A DNA stretch of 64,000 bases from Blastocatellia bacterium (GCA_963828335.1 CAWHEH010000007.1:156047-220046); one strand, 5' to 3'. Positions 1-11,500 are shown, counted from the stretch's first letter. The notes: a model not told the origin generated them from the sequence alone. A program made the numbers and translations.

Positions 1-1500
1 TGCCAGCACATTACCGCCAAAGCCTCCGCCCATCAGGTGTGCTCCGTAGACTCCCGGACTTGCGCGGATGATTCCGATTAATCGCTCCACTTCCGGCGTG
101 CTTACCTGATAGAGGTCACGCAGGCTGGCGTGTGATTGATCCAGAAGAGCGCCAAGCAGGCGCATAGCGGCATCGATTTCTTGCTCAACATCGCCGCCGC
201 TCTGGAGGTTGGACAAGTTCTCGAGAATCTTCTCGGACGTTTTGACTCGGCGCACCTCGCCAATGTGGTGTAGCGCCCTGGCCTGCAATTGAAGTGGACG
301 TTCGGCGCGTTCGGCAACAAGCATTGGAAAGGAACGAGCACAGGCGTCGAAAGATTCTGGATACTCTAGTCCAAGCTCGTTGAGAGTTAGTGTCAGGGGC
401 AGTTCTTGCAAGAGTGCTTCGACCTCGTCGAGTGCCCCTGGTACTCCGGTCTGTAGTGACCGAATTGCTGACAGCCATTTTATATAGAGTTGCGGTTGTC
501 TCGCCTTCCATCCTTCGATTAACGCCGGAATGACGATCCGCGAGACGGCGGCGCGTTCGTTGTATTCGATCATCACCTCCTGCCCTTTGTCCGCGGCTTG
601 GGAAAAGAAAGTTACCCAGCGAAACTGCTTGCCCGGTAGGGCGACGTGGCGTGCCTGTTGGTCAAAATAAGAAATGAGTACCGCATGATCTCGTTTAGCG
701 AGACAAATGGTGATGTGGTCCATAGCGCCGCCGCGCGTCCCCACGTACCACTCTGCCTTAGAGGAGTCGCGCGCCAGCTCCATGGGCACGTGCGGGAGCT
801 CATTTACCTCTCGCACCGCCGCTCCGGCCAGCACAACCAGGGCTGACGAAGAGGACGCGCCTCCACCGGCCGGAATACTCGAGTCAATTATAAAATCAAA
901 TCCATGCAAGGCCGCCTCGCCGCAATTAATACGAGTAAAGAAAACAGCACCCTTCACGTAATTGCTCCAATGGGGACTCTTGGCAGGATGGTCGTATAAG
1001 TACGATAGCCAGTCGGCTTCGGCATTACTTTTGTTCGATACCGGCGGTCCGTCGGAGAGGGTGAAATAAAATGGCGGGTAAGTATTTAGGGTGGACGCCC
1101 CACGCACAGACTCCGTTAAGGATCCGCGGAAGAGGATGAGCATGTCGTGCTCGCGGCTACCAAAGGGAAGCGAGGCGGTCGGCAAGTAGGACACGTAATC
1201 GATATGCTCACCGAGAATGTTAATGCGGGCCGGCGCACGCAACAGGCTGACAGGTCCGTCGCCGTAGAGTTTCACAAAGAGTGCGCACATCGAAGTTAGC
1301 CTGTGCATTTGCAGCCTGAGAGTTTCAACGTCGCCACCATACATCCGCTTTAGCAGGAAGATCAGGCTGCGGGGTATTAGGTCAGATGCCGAACTACTTC
1401 CGTCGAGAACGTATTGAAGTGCTGTGAGCTCTGCGCCTGCCTCGCTGAGTTTTGGCACATCGTCGCCGCAGTTTTCGAGGGCGATGTCCGTCAGCTGCAT
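1..1500 (-). CDS. GHMP-family sugar kinase, galactokinase/GalNAc-kinase-like (C-terminus runs off the left window edge)
   Basis: Absent from the ORF track because it is truncated. My reverse-strand translation from the ATG at 1500..1498 stays open to base 1 (500 codons). It contains the galactokinase signature ARINILGEHIDYVSY, the GHMP ATP motif IPAGGGASSSSAL and the C-terminal HLMGGGFGG motif. Alternative in-frame starts exist at 1530 (GTG) and 1566 (ATG). Confidence 0.8.
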   Translation of the reverse strand, partial: MQLTDIALENCGDDVPKLSEAGAELTALQYVLDGSSSASDLIPRSLIFLLKRMYGGDVETLRLQMHRLTSMCALFVKLYGDGPVSLLRAPARINILGEHIDYVSYLPTASLPFGSREHDMLILFRGSLTESVRGASTLNTYPPFYFTLSDGPPVSNKSNAEADWLSYLYDHPAKSPHWSNYVKGAVFFTRINCGEAALHGFDFIIDSSIPAGGGASSSSALVVLAGAAVREVNELPHVPMELARDSSKAEWYVGTRGGAMDHITICLAKRDHAVLISYFDQQARHVALPGKQFRWVTFFSQAADKGQEVMIEYNERAAVSRIVIPALIEGWKARQPQLYIKWLSAIRSLQTGVPGALDEVEALLQELPLTLTLNELGLEYPESFDACARSFPMLVAERAERPLQLQARALHHIGEVRRVKTSEKILENLSNLQSGGDVEQEIDAAMRLLGALLDQSHASLRDLYQVSTPEVERLIGIIRASPGVYGAHLMGGGFGGNVLA

Positions 1501-1995
1501 TAGGTCGGAAGTATTCAATTTGTTTCTCACACATGAAATGCAGCTACATTTCACCGGATAGGACATCTACGTGAAGCCAAGTTAGTTCGCGCTTGAAACT
1601 AACTCGAACCAATTGTTTATATTCCTCGGTCTTTAAGTCGTACGTTACCGAACTGAAGGAAGTAGCGCGCGCTCTTATAACATTCATCAGGAAGCGGTAA
1701 CAAGAAAGCTCAACGTCCCGGGAGACTTTGGTTTGCGGTCCTGAATAGCTCATTGCCACCCACCGCTTGTCGGCTTTCTTGGCTGGGAACCAGGTTAAAT
1801 TGTCTTGCTGCCTTCCGTTTATTGGTGCTATAAAGCCGCAGTTATAGCGACCATTGAATATCGAATCGAGCCCGGCAAGGTTGTTGGGAATGGCCGGCTT
1901 GGAAATGGGTTTGTAAATATCGTCAACTTACCGGTGCACCAGATTTCCGTGGGACATCTCGGGTAGCATTCGCGCCAAATAGAGAGGGGTGCGTG

Positions 1996-3207
1996 ATGGG
2001 TGGATGGAGTAGGAGAAAGTTGCTTGCGAGCCTCGCGCTGGCCGCTGCAGGGGAAGGGGCAATCGTCAACGGCTGGCAGTCGCGACCAAAAAGAAGACAG
2101 CTGGGCAGGGAAGTGCCTAACAAAGGAAAGCTTGCACTGGAAGATTACGAACCAAAGAGCATGCTCCATGTCTCAGAGACTGAGGTACCGCGCGCTCGCT
2201 TCCCGGTCATCGACTTCCATACCCACCTCTCCTGGTCTGCTCGTCGCCGACAAGTAACAGAAGCGCATAACAACGCGACGCCGGCAGAAGTTCTACCAAT
2301 CATGGATCGGAAGAATCTGCGAATGATGGTGAACCTAACCGGTGGGTACGGCAAGGTGCTTGAGCAAACCATAAACTACTGGCAGAAGCCCCATCCAGAA
2401 AGATTCATCGTTTTTACAGAGCCGTGGTTCGAAAAAATTACCGAACCGGGCTACGCGCAGTTTCAGGCAGATCAGATTGTTCGCGCTCAGGGACTGGGAG
2501 CCCGCGGCTTGAAGTTGTTAAAGACGCTTGGTCTCTATTTGCGCGAGCGGGTTACCAGTGGACCTCTTGTGAAAATCGATGACCGGCGCTTCGATCCGAT
2601 GTGGGAAGCGGCGGGCGCTCACCGTATGCCGGTCGCCATTCACACCTCGGATCCCGAAGCATTCTTTCTACCTACCGATCGCTTCAATGAACGGTATGAA
2701 GAGTTGAGTGCGCATCCCGATTGGTCCTTTCACGGTAAGGACTTTCCCAGTAACCTGGAATTGCAGGAGGCGAGAAATCGAGTGATGGCCAGACACCCCA
2801 AAACACAGTTTGTTGTGCTGCATGTCGGGGATTCTGAAAACCTTCCTTACGTTTCTGAACTACTGGATCGCTATCCAAATATGCATGTTGAGACTGGGGC
2901 GAGGATCGGTGAGCTGGGGCGACAGCCTCGTGCTTCGCGGACGTTCTTCGACAAATATCAGGATCGCATTCTGTTCGGCACAGATGCTGTGCCTGGCGGT
3001 AATGACACACCGCAACAGATTTTTGGCGAGCGTTTGTATGAGATCTACTACCGGTTTTTGGAAACTGAAGATGAGTATTTCGATTACGCGCCGGCGCCCA
3101 AACCACCTCAGGGAAGGTGGCGAATCTACGGCATCGGTCTACCGGAAAAGATTCTTCGCAAAGTCTACTACGAGAATGCCGAACGCTTGTTGGGCCTAAA
3201 GAGGTAA
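1996..3207 (+). CDS. Exported metal-dependent amidohydrolase (amidohydrolase-2/TIM-barrel type)
   Basis: ORF 1993..3207. ATG at 1996 lies behind GAGAGGGG. Twin-arginine-like N-terminus WSRRKLLASLALAAAG. VIDFHTHL metal-binding motif and HTSDP/HVGD histidines typical of the fold. Confidence 0.75.
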   Translation: MGGWSRRKLLASLALAAAGEGAIVNGWQSRPKRRQLGREVPNKGKLALEDYEPKSMLHVSETEVPRARFPVIDFHTHLSWSARRRQVTEAHNNATPAEVLPIMDRKNLRMMVNLTGGYGKVLEQTINYWQKPHPERFIVFTEPWFEKITEPGYAQFQADQIVRAQGLGARGLKLLKTLGLYLRERVTSGPLVKIDDRRFDPMWEAAGAHRMPVAIHTSDPEAFFLPTDRFNERYEELSAHPDWSFHGKDFPSNLELQEARNRVMARHPKTQFVVLHVGDSENLPYVSELLDRYPNMHVETGARIGELGRQPRASRTFFDKYQDRILFGTDAVPGGNDTPQQIFGERLYEIYYRFLETEDEYFDYAPAPKPPQGRWRIYGIGLPEKILRKVYYENAERLLGLKR

Positions 3208-3281
3208 CAGGGAACTAACAACTGATACTCCTTTCGCTGAAACGTTCAGCCCTTGCCGAATCCGGCAAGTTCTAATCAAAC

Positions 3282-4871
3282 ATGTCAGACTCGAACATTA
3301 CGCGCCGATCTTTCGTGCAGACGGGTCTCCTGTTCTTAGCCGCCTGGCGCGCGAGGGTGATTTTTGGTTCGGGTCGTAAGCCCTCCTCGGGAGTGGAGAT
3401 ACGGCTGGACGGGCTGGCGGATAGTTTAGCTCGCGAGGTGGTTAACTTTGGACTACCACTACCGCCCGGTTTTCTCTCAAACCCGCGGAATGTTCGAGTG
3501 ATAAATGCAACGGGCCAGGAATTGAAGGCTGCAGTTCGTGCGCTTGAGCCGTGGCGCATTGGGGGCAGGGAAGGAAGCATTCGGTCGTTGCAGATTCAGT
3601 TCACTTTGGATTTCAGCCAGCAGCGAAGCCAACGGATCAGGATCGTCTTCAAACCACGACGAGAAAACGAAAACGACTTTGTCCCCGTTGAAGAGACCTT
3701 AATTAGCAAGGATGGCCTGAGTGGACCAAGAGTCATGGCAGTGTTGCCCGCCCATTGGTTATGTGATTCCCTGGTGGTTGGCCCACAAATACCCGCCTCG
3801 ATGTCCGGGCCATATGCTAGTTACGATTCCTTTGTTGAAAAAAACTTTCCCGGCTCGCTGGCCTTCCTCGACAGCCAGGTTTACTCAGAGTGGCTTTTCG
3901 ATCGTACGAATGCCTACAACAAAATGTATGTCCGGACGGGTGAAAAAAAATTCCTCGAGGCTGCATACCACGCGGCGCACTTCGTAAGACTCCACACCAG
4001 GATGGACGGCCCGGACGCAGGTATCTTCACGTTGAAAGGTCCGGACCTAAAGTATGTCTACCCCCGTGCCATGCACCAGCACTATCTATTGACTGGTGAC
4101 GAACGCGCGCTGGCGACTGGCAAACTGATGGCCAAATACTGTTTTAGGAATCAGGACCCGGTCTATCAACCCGAGCGCATAGCCCCCGTTCCGCTCCAAG
4201 TTGATCCGGAGCGAGGTCGAAAATTCTGGACGCTCAGACATCAGGGCTATGGTCTACTCGGCATTCTTCATGGATGGGAGATGACTGGCGATCGGAAATA
4301 CTGGCAGAAGGCGCGCGAGTGTGTCGACGCCTATTACAAACACCAACGTCAACCCCCAGATGGGCGACCGCCAGACGGCTCTTTGAGGCAGGACTGGGAA
4401 CTCTACGACCCGAATGAGGCGACTTTCAAAGGCGCCACCTCTGCCTGGATGATGGCATTGCTGTTAGATCCACTTTTCCACTACTGGACACTGACGGGCG
4501 ATCAGCGCATCGCCGAGATAGTCGTCAAGTGGTGCGATTTTCTTGACCGTCAGGGGATGCTGCCCGACGGCTCCAAGGCCTACTACGTAATCAACTGCTT
4601 CGCGCGCTTCAATCCAAAGGAATCACCAGGCGAACCCGGCCCTGACATGGAGATGCATAACGCGGAGATGGCTTACACCTTCGCTCTGGGCAGTTTCTTT
4701 ACCGATGATCAGAAGCGGAGGAGAACTTACCGAAAACGCTTTGAAAGAGTCTTTCCACTGGCAGTCGCACTTAATGTTAACCAACCGGCACGCGCCTTTA
4801 ATTGGGCCTTTCAGTTCTCAAGTCAACTTGTCTACTTCATGCAACACGCCGGAAAAGGAAAACAGAAGTAG
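3282..4871 (+). CDS. Tat-signal exported protein of unknown function
   Basis: 529-aa ORF with N-terminus ITRRSFVQTGLLFLAAWRA. I recognise no catalytic motif. It sits in an apparent operon with its neighbours (gaps of 74 and 47 nt). Confidence 0.6.
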   Translation: MSDSNITRRSFVQTGLLFLAAWRARVIFGSGRKPSSGVEIRLDGLADSLAREVVNFGLPLPPGFLSNPRNVRVINATGQELKAAVRALEPWRIGGREGSIRSLQIQFTLDFSQQRSQRIRIVFKPRRENENDFVPVEETLISKDGLSGPRVMAVLPAHWLCDSLVVGPQIPASMSGPYASYDSFVEKNFPGSLAFLDSQVYSEWLFDRTNAYNKMYVRTGEKKFLEAAYHAAHFVRLHTRMDGPDAGIFTLKGPDLKYVYPRAMHQHYLLTGDERALATGKLMAKYCFRNQDPVYQPERIAPVPLQVDPERGRKFWTLRHQGYGLLGILHGWEMTGDRKYWQKARECVDAYYKHQRQPPDGRPPDGSLRQDWELYDPNEATFKGATSAWMMALLLDPLFHYWTLTGDQRIAEIVVKWCDFLDRQGMLPDGSKAYYVINCFARFNPKESPGEPGPDMEMHNAEMAYTFALGSFFTDDQKRRRTYRKRFERVFPLAVALNVNQPARAFNWAFQFSSQLVYFMQHAGKGKQK

Positions 4872-4918
4872 AGAAGCTCAGTCCGTAAGCAATAGTGTTG
4901 GCCAGGTCAAAAGAAAAA

Positions 4919-6346
4919 ATGATGCTTCGCCAAATATTTCTTCTGCCCGCGTTTGCGGGCGCAATTGCTATCGCTGCGTTTGGACAAAACGAAACCAGCG
5001 TAATCAGGCCGGAACCGAGTGATGAGGTACTCGTCAATCCGGGTATGGGTATCACCACGTTTCAACGATTCAACGGTCAACCGTTGAATCAGGGTCTCCG
5101 CTGGTCAGAAGAAGGTCCAACAACAAAACACTCGGAGTCTGCTGCGCGATCGGTTTTTCCGGATACTTCCATTGCATATTGCCGCTGGTTCTGGAGTGAG
5201 CTTCAGCCGGCTCCCAATCGCATCCGCTGGGAGATCATCGATACCGCTCTCGAGGAAGCGCGAGAGCATCATCAAACTCTGGCCATTCGCCTGATGCCTT
5301 ACGATGAAGAGCATCCATTGCCGGAATGGTTTCGCAACTCTGGGGCGCGCCGGGCCAACAAAACCACAGACAAGGACGGTGCTATTTGGCAGCCGGACTT
5401 CAGCGATCCGCTCTACATTAAATATTGGAGCGCCTTCATTGCCGAGGCCGGCGTCCGCTACGATGGCCATCCCTTTCTCGACAGTGTAGACATTTCATCT
5501 GTTGGCTATTGGGGCGAAGGCTGGAGCGACTACATGCCGGCATTTCAGGTTCAAAGGACGCTAATCGACATTTACTTTGACGCCTTCAAACGCACACCGC
5601 TGCTGATGAATTTCGACGAGCCACAAGCGCTCGCCTACGGCACTGGACGCGGCGCCGGCTGGCGGCTTGACTGTCTGGGCGACATGGGCCGGCAATGGAA
5701 AGACAGGCCAACCTTTTCTCACATGCTCGACTTCTACCCGCAGCAAATCGCGCGTATGGGAATTCAAAATGTTTGGCAGCGAAGCCCCGTCTCTCTGGAG
5801 ACCTGCTGGGTTCCGGGTTTCTGGAAAGAGAAGGGGTGGGACGTAGATTACATTCTTGACCAGGCGCTCCGCTGGCACGTCAGCAGTTTGAATGTAAAGT
5901 CGTCACCTATTCCTCCCGAGTGGCAGCAGAAGTTTGACGAATTTCAGAAACGGATGGGTTACAGGTTTGTTTTGCGGCGGATCGAATACCCGCGAACTGT
6001 GAAAGCCGGGCAGATGATGCCCTTGCACATGTGGTGGCTGAACGCCGGGGTTGCGCCCACATATCGTCAATACAAGTTAACGATCCAATTTCAAGCGGGC
6101 ACGGAAAGCCAGAACCTTCCCCTTGAGGTCGATGTGACAAAGTGGATGCCAGGTGATGCTGTCGTGGATCAGCTTATTTATGTGCCCGATTCGCTGCCGC
6201 CCGGCTCATATCGAACCCGCCTCGCGCTTCTGGATCCTCGCACGAATCAACCCGCAGTTCGTCTCGCCATCAGGGGCCGTGAACCGGACGGCTGGTACAG
6301 TCTGGGAACGATCGCAGTCACGTCGAGCGCCGCGCAAAAAAAGTAA
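4919..6346 (+). CDS. Secreted putative glycoside-hydrolase-like protein (DUF4832-like)
   Basis: ORF 4895..6346. The internal ATG at 4919 gives a clean signal peptide, MMLRQIFLLPAFAGAIAIAAFGQ. The VNPGMGITTF start of the mature domain and the W/Y-rich TIM-like sequence recall DUF4874/DUF4832 proteins. The family call is from memory only. Confidence 0.45.
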   Translation: MMLRQIFLLPAFAGAIAIAAFGQNETSVIRPEPSDEVLVNPGMGITTFQRFNGQPLNQGLRWSEEGPTTKHSESAARSVFPDTSIAYCRWFWSELQPAPNRIRWEIIDTALEEAREHHQTLAIRLMPYDEEHPLPEWFRNSGARRANKTTDKDGAIWQPDFSDPLYIKYWSAFIAEAGVRYDGHPFLDSVDISSVGYWGEGWSDYMPAFQVQRTLIDIYFDAFKRTPLLMNFDEPQALAYGTGRGAGWRLDCLGDMGRQWKDRPTFSHMLDFYPQQIARMGIQNVWQRSPVSLETCWVPGFWKEKGWDVDYILDQALRWHVSSLNVKSSPIPPEWQQKFDEFQKRMGYRFVLRRIEYPRTVKAGQMMPLHMWWLNAGVAPTYRQYKLTIQFQAGTESQNLPLEVDVTKWMPGDAVVDQLIYVPDSLPPGSYRTRLALLDPRTNQPAVRLAIRGREPDGWYSLGTIAVTSSAAQKK

Positions 6347-6386
6347 CCGGTTCTCTAACCGTCCCCACCTTCACGAGAGGGAACAC

Positions 6387-8186
6387 ATGAAAAGCAGTTC
6401 GGTACATTCTGTTCGCGGGTTTCTATTGTCGGTTGTTTTTCTGTTTACTCTGACCAGCGTGCCAGCTGGTCAAAGTTCAACCACTGCCCAGTCGGAAACC
6501 ACATATCAGGTCGCAATCGAAAACAGTGTTCACATCAAAATGCGCGATGGTGTGTTCCTGGTTGCAGATGTCTATCGACCCAAGGTAGAGGGCAGGTTTC
6601 CAGTACTGCTTGAACGCACACCTTATGACCGCAATGGTGAGTCCGGCATGGCCTTTGAGTTGGCTAGTCATGGCTACGTCGTTGTTCTTCAAGACACTCG
6701 CGGGCGCTACGAATCGGGCGGCATGTTCTACCCATTCCGTGACGAAAGTCAGGACGGCTTTGACACAGTAGAGTGGGCGGCGAAGTTGGACTATGCCAAC
6801 GGTAAGGTCGGGATGTTTGGTGGCTCATACGTTGGGGCCACGCAAATGCTCGCCGCAATGGCCAAACCGCCGCACCTGGTGGCGATCTTTCCTTTTCTGA
6901 CAAGTTCAGACTATTACGAAGGATGGACTTATCAGAGCGGCGTGTTGATGCAGTGGTTCACGAGTTCCTGGACCTCGATATTGGCTGTAGACACGCTCCG
7001 CAGACAGGCCGAGGAAAAAATAGAGGCGAAAGAGTGGGTGGCAACAATGCCCGTTGAAAATTATCCACTCTTAACTCTTCCGGCTCCGGCCAGCCTCGCT
7101 CCATATTTTCACGACTGGATTGAACATGAGCGAAGCGACGCTTACTGGCGGCGCTGGCGAGTCTCTGATCACTATCGAGAAATGGACGTCAAGGGTTTGC
7201 ATGCGGCCGGCTGGCACGATCTGTTTCTCAAGGGCTCAATCAGGAACTATACGGGGCTGCATGCCGAAGCGAATAACCCTGAGGTGCGCGCCGGCCAGCG
7301 ACTGCTTATCGGGCCCTGGGCGCACACACCAACCTCGGCAGAAGGGAAGGTGGGCGATGTCGTGTTCGGGAAAAGCGCGGTGTTGGACATGACAGGTACG
7401 GCGCTTAAATGGTTTGACTACACGCTGAAGGGACGTCGGAACGATTTCGCGGATGCGGCTCCGGTCCGCCTCTTTATCATGGGTGAGAACGTCTGGCGTG
7501 AAGAGCATGAATTCCCACTTGCGCGGACACGCTACACGAAATACTACTTGCACTCGAGCAGGGGTGCGAACGGGCCGGTCAGCGACGGGGAGTTGGGACT
7601 TTCTCCACCAGGCGAAGATCGACCGGATCAGTTCGAGTACGATCCAAAGAACCCTGTGCCTACTATTGGTGGCCGACTCTGCTGCGGCCTGGCAGTGCCT
7701 CCCGGCCCATTCGATCAACGGGCAAATGAGTCCCGCCCGGATGTGCTTACGTTTTCGACCCCGCCGCTCGAAAAGGATCTTGAGGTTACCGGGTTCATTA
7801 GTCTTGATCTTTACGCAGCCACGTCAGCGTTGGACACAGATTTTACGGCGCTGCTTGCGGATGTATCCGAGACTGGGTACGCGCGCTTTCTTACAGACGG
7901 CGTGGTCCGCGCACGCTATCGCGCTGGCACGGAGCGAGCGGAGAAGGTTGTTCCGGGGAAAGTTTATAAATACACCATCGACCTGTGGGCGACTAGCAAC
8001 CTGTTCAAGAGGGGACATCGCTTAAGGCTCTATATTTCAAGCAGCAATTTTCCGCGGTTCAATCGCAATCCGAATACTGGCGAGGCAATGCTCGGCTCTT
8101 CTCGGTCACTGACGGCTAATCAAACCATCTATCACGATAACAAGAACCAGTCGGCGTTAATCTTGCCGGTCATTCCTCGAAAGTGA
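6387..8186 (+). CDS. CocE/NonD family hydrolase (S15 X-Pro dipeptidyl-peptidase-like)
   Basis: ORF 6153..8186. ATG at 6387 lies behind GAGAGGG and gives signal peptide MKSSSVHSVRGFLLSVVFLFTLTSVPAGQ. LLERTPYDR motif and nucleophile elbow GGSYVG. The long C-terminal beta-sandwich is typical of the family. Confidence 0.85.
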   Translation: MKSSSVHSVRGFLLSVVFLFTLTSVPAGQSSTTAQSETTYQVAIENSVHIKMRDGVFLVADVYRPKVEGRFPVLLERTPYDRNGESGMAFELASHGYVVVLQDTRGRYESGGMFYPFRDESQDGFDTVEWAAKLDYANGKVGMFGGSYVGATQMLAAMAKPPHLVAIFPFLTSSDYYEGWTYQSGVLMQWFTSSWTSILAVDTLRRQAEEKIEAKEWVATMPVENYPLLTLPAPASLAPYFHDWIEHERSDAYWRRWRVSDHYREMDVKGLHAAGWHDLFLKGSIRNYTGLHAEANNPEVRAGQRLLIGPWAHTPTSAEGKVGDVVFGKSAVLDMTGTALKWFDYTLKGRRNDFADAAPVRLFIMGENVWREEHEFPLARTRYTKYYLHSSRGANGPVSDGELGLSPPGEDRPDQFEYDPKNPVPTIGGRLCCGLAVPPGPFDQRANESRPDVLTFSTPPLEKDLEVTGFISLDLYAATSALDTDFTALLADVSETGYARFLTDGVVRARYRAGTERAEKVVPGKVYKYTIDLWATSNLFKRGHRLRLYISSSNFPRFNRNPNTGEAMLGSSRSLTANQTIYHDNKNQSALILPVIPRK

Positions 8187-8267
8187 AGGACATATACTTG
8201 AGGTTAAGCGCGATTACTAAGAATGCAGAAGTGGTGTTCCAAACCGGGGAAAAGTCGAAAAAAGTTC

Positions 8268-8297
8268 TTGCATTTCCTCGGGAGGCAGTGCTATAAG
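8268..8297 (+). promoter_or_regulatory. Candidate sigma70-like promoter upstream of the TonB-dependent receptor
   Basis: TTGCAT (8268-8273), an 18-nt spacer, then TATAAG (8292-8297). This would give a leader of about 300 nt before the ATG at 8599. Pattern match only. Confidence 0.25.
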
Positions 8298-8598
8298 CCG
8301 GACGGTAAAAAGTTAGCCCAGATTCGATCCCTTTTTAAAAGAACCCCCTTAGTTTGATTAGTTGTTTTTACGATGTTCGATTTAGGCGGCGGAGTTAGTA
8401 TTAAACAACAACTAACCTGCCTCTCATAACAAAGGGCTAAGGCTCGAGGGTTCGTTTGAATCGTCAACAAACGTCGAATACGGGGCTTTCCAGAAGCTGA
8501 GGTAATCCTCGAGACCCAAAGGGTCGTCAAGAAACTCGCAATTAAGTATGAAGCTCCCCAAGCTTTGACAACCTAATTTCTCACTCTAAGGAGTCTAT

Positions 8599-11500
8599 AT
8601 GAGAATCGCACGTAGAATCATGATCAGCTTGCTCCTAATTGGCTGCGTTTTCGCCCTGGCGGTTCCGGCTTATACCCAAGGCACGGATCTCGGAACGATT
8701 CGTGGCACCGTGACCGATCCGAAAGGGGACGCTGTTCCCAACGCTGCCGTACAAGTGACCGATTTGGCGACGAATATTTCGCGCGATCTCACGACGAATG
8801 GGGATGGTAACTACGAAGCGGCGGGTCTTAAATCAGGCGCTTATCGTGTGACTGTTACGGCCTCTGGTTTCAAAACCACTTCGATCAATGCCAGGTTGAG
8901 TGGGAGCGAGGCAGTGCGTGCCGACGCCCGGCTCGAGGTCGGCGATACCAGCGCCGTGGTGACGGTTACGACTGAAGCGGGATTAATTCAGACAGAAACT
9001 CCAACCATCAGCGGTAGCATAAATAATCGTCAGCTGATTGAACTCCCGCGCGACAGCCGGGACATATATCAGTTCCTTTACCTCAATCCGAATATTACCC
9101 AGTCGGCCGACGGCACCGATTTTAAATTCCTGGGGGCTCAGAGTTACGGCGCGGCATTCTCGCTCGACGGCCAGCGGTCTAACGGCGGCATTTTCGGAGG
9201 GGCCACGGCGAGCCAGCCTTCACTGGAAGCCATTAGTGAGTTGACGGTTCTGTCAAATAACTTTACCGCCGAGTATGCCGGCATTGCCAACATCCGTATT
9301 GATACCAAACGCGGTGAGCAGAAGTTTCACGGCTCGTTGTTTTATAACAACAAAAACTCCGCCCTCGCGGCGTGGACAATTCAAGACAAGATTAACCTGG
9401 CTAACTTTGTGCCAAACGCCGCCCGCCCGGATTACCCCAAGCCATATTTCAACCTCAACGAGACTGGTGGGTCGATAAGCGGTCCGGTCTTCGGCAGCAA
9501 AAAGACATTCTTTCTTGGCGCTTATGAACGACGTTGGAACATTGACACAGTGCGATTCTCTTCCACTACACTGCCCGGACAGCGCCTCCTGAATGGTGAC
9601 TTTACGCAGCTCAGCAATGCAAACAAGGGTGCAGTTCCGGCGGCTGTGCTACCTTTGCTGACGGCGGATGAGTTAGCCAATAATACTATTTTAGTCGGCT
9701 CTACCCGGCGCTTTACGACAATTCCGCAGCGCTTACTCAATCCGACGGTCGCCAAACTCATACAAAATTATTTTCCAAGTACCAGCCTTGCCTCTTCGGT
9801 TGACTCTACTCGGAAGATTGAGGGATTTCGCCCAGAATGTGGCCTCTCGAAACACTCGGGACCTCGTGACCGCGAGAATCGATCACGACTTCACAAGCAA
9901 CGATAAGTTCTACGCAGTTTACAATTATCAGAGGAACCCAAGTCACTCTGGTGCAGTGCAAAACCCATTTCCGGCCCTGGGTCTGCGTACGAACGAACAG
10001 ACCAACCATACGCTCTCGCTTTCCTACTCGCGTGCGTTCTCTACAAATCTCGTCAATGAGGCTCGCGGCGGTTTCAATTCACAGAGTTTGTTTAGGAAGG
10101 CCCCGCGAACTCTCCGCGAATTCCTCGGCTCTATTGGCTTCAGCGATACGGATATCACGGCTTATGGCGCCGTAGTAGGCCCGTCAGCGCTTGATACTCC
10201 AGGCCATACGGCCCTCAGCATTACAGGCTTCGGAACACGTTACTTAACAATGGCGGCCGCAGTGTCAACCGCACCCTTGATCAAAAACTCGCCACCTTCG
10301 GGGATACGCTGACGTGGATAAAGGGAAATCATAGTATGAAGGGTGGCTTCGACTTTGTCCGCAATCACGGCACGGATGGTTTTGTCGCAAACAGGGGTAA
10401 TCCCCGGGGTCGCATCAACTACACTGGCGGTACGCTCGAGCGATCGTTTTGCTCGCTTCCTGATCGGCTTGCCGCCGAACACCGTTCAGTTTGTTGAGAA
10501 GCTGCGTGGTCAACTCGATGCGAAGAATAGTGAGTATGGGTTCTTCTTCCAGGATGAATTCAGAGTGCTTCCGAGCGTGACTCTTAACCTCGGATTGCGC
10601 TACGAATTAATCACTCCGTTCGTAGACAGCGAGAATCTGCTCGTGAATTTTGACCCTGACTTCGTTGATCCGCAAACGCATAGAAAAGGGCATTTCATCG
10701 TACCCACGGCGGACGTCCTGCCGTTGATCGATCCGCGGATCATTAACTATGGCGTTGTCACGGCTGATCAGGCTGGTGTGGGGCCGCGGGCTCGTTAAGA
10801 CCGATAGAAACAACCTGGCGCCGCGTTTCGGCATAGCCTGGCGCGTTACCGATAAAACGGTCCTTCGCGGTGGCTATGGAGTCTTTTATCCGACCTCGTC
10901 GGCGCAGGGAATCCGCGACGCACTCGGGTCCGCGCCTTTTAACCACGGACTGACGAAGACAGCCACCGCCGCGCTTCCGCTCGGCGGCTGGCCCGGCGGC
11001 TTAACTCCGCCAGGCGTCACCCCCTTGACCGGCGGGCGATTGAATTTCATCGACAGCAGGCCTGAAGCGAACAGCATTCCGTTTGATCTGCAACAGCCAC
11101 GCATAGAGCAGTTTAATGCAACCTTCGAGCACGAGTTGGGTTGGCAAACCGGCGTGCGCGTTTCCTTACATGGGCACGCGGATGCACGGACTCATCGGTG
11201 GAATCGACATAAACATGTTACCTCCGAGCGATGTGCCATTCGGAACTCATGGCTTCGATGAGGACGGAAACGTAGTAATCTGTGATCCAACCGGCGAATT
11301 TAGCGAGATTGGTTGCGACGGCGATATCGACGCTGCACGCCGTCCGTTTCCGGAACTAGGATCATTCCTCGGACGCTACAAAAATTTCGGCAGCGGTCGC
11401 TCGCACGCGTTGCAAGTAGAAGCCAATCGCCGCTTTGCCAATGGCTTGACCTTCAACGTCAGTTACACGCTACTCGACCAGAAGGGCAGTGGTTTCGATA

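Noticed and set aside
3215-3281. Two short hairpins (GCTGAAacgTTCAGC and CTTGCCGaatcCGGCAAG) between the amidohydrolase and the Tat-exported gene, as another repeat-family member.
   Set aside because: The stems are only 6-7 bp, with no long arms and no match to the other element families. They may be a simple attenuator or occur by chance.
8187-8598. A cobalamin or other known riboswitch upstream of the TonB-dependent receptor.
   Set aside because: I could not find a B12-box-like core or TPP-type CUGAGA/ACCUGA pairing. Without a covariance-model scan the claim is unsupported.
10310-10312. An in-frame TGA between TBDR fragments 9788-10312 and 10343-10798, which share a frame. This could suggest selenocysteine or stop-codon readthrough.
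   Set aside because: The conserved receptor sequence (LLNNGGRSV...FGDTLTWIKGNHSMKGGFDFVRNHG) runs in a different frame from about 10240 to 10440. The stop is therefore just out-of-frame sequence between two compensating frameshifts.
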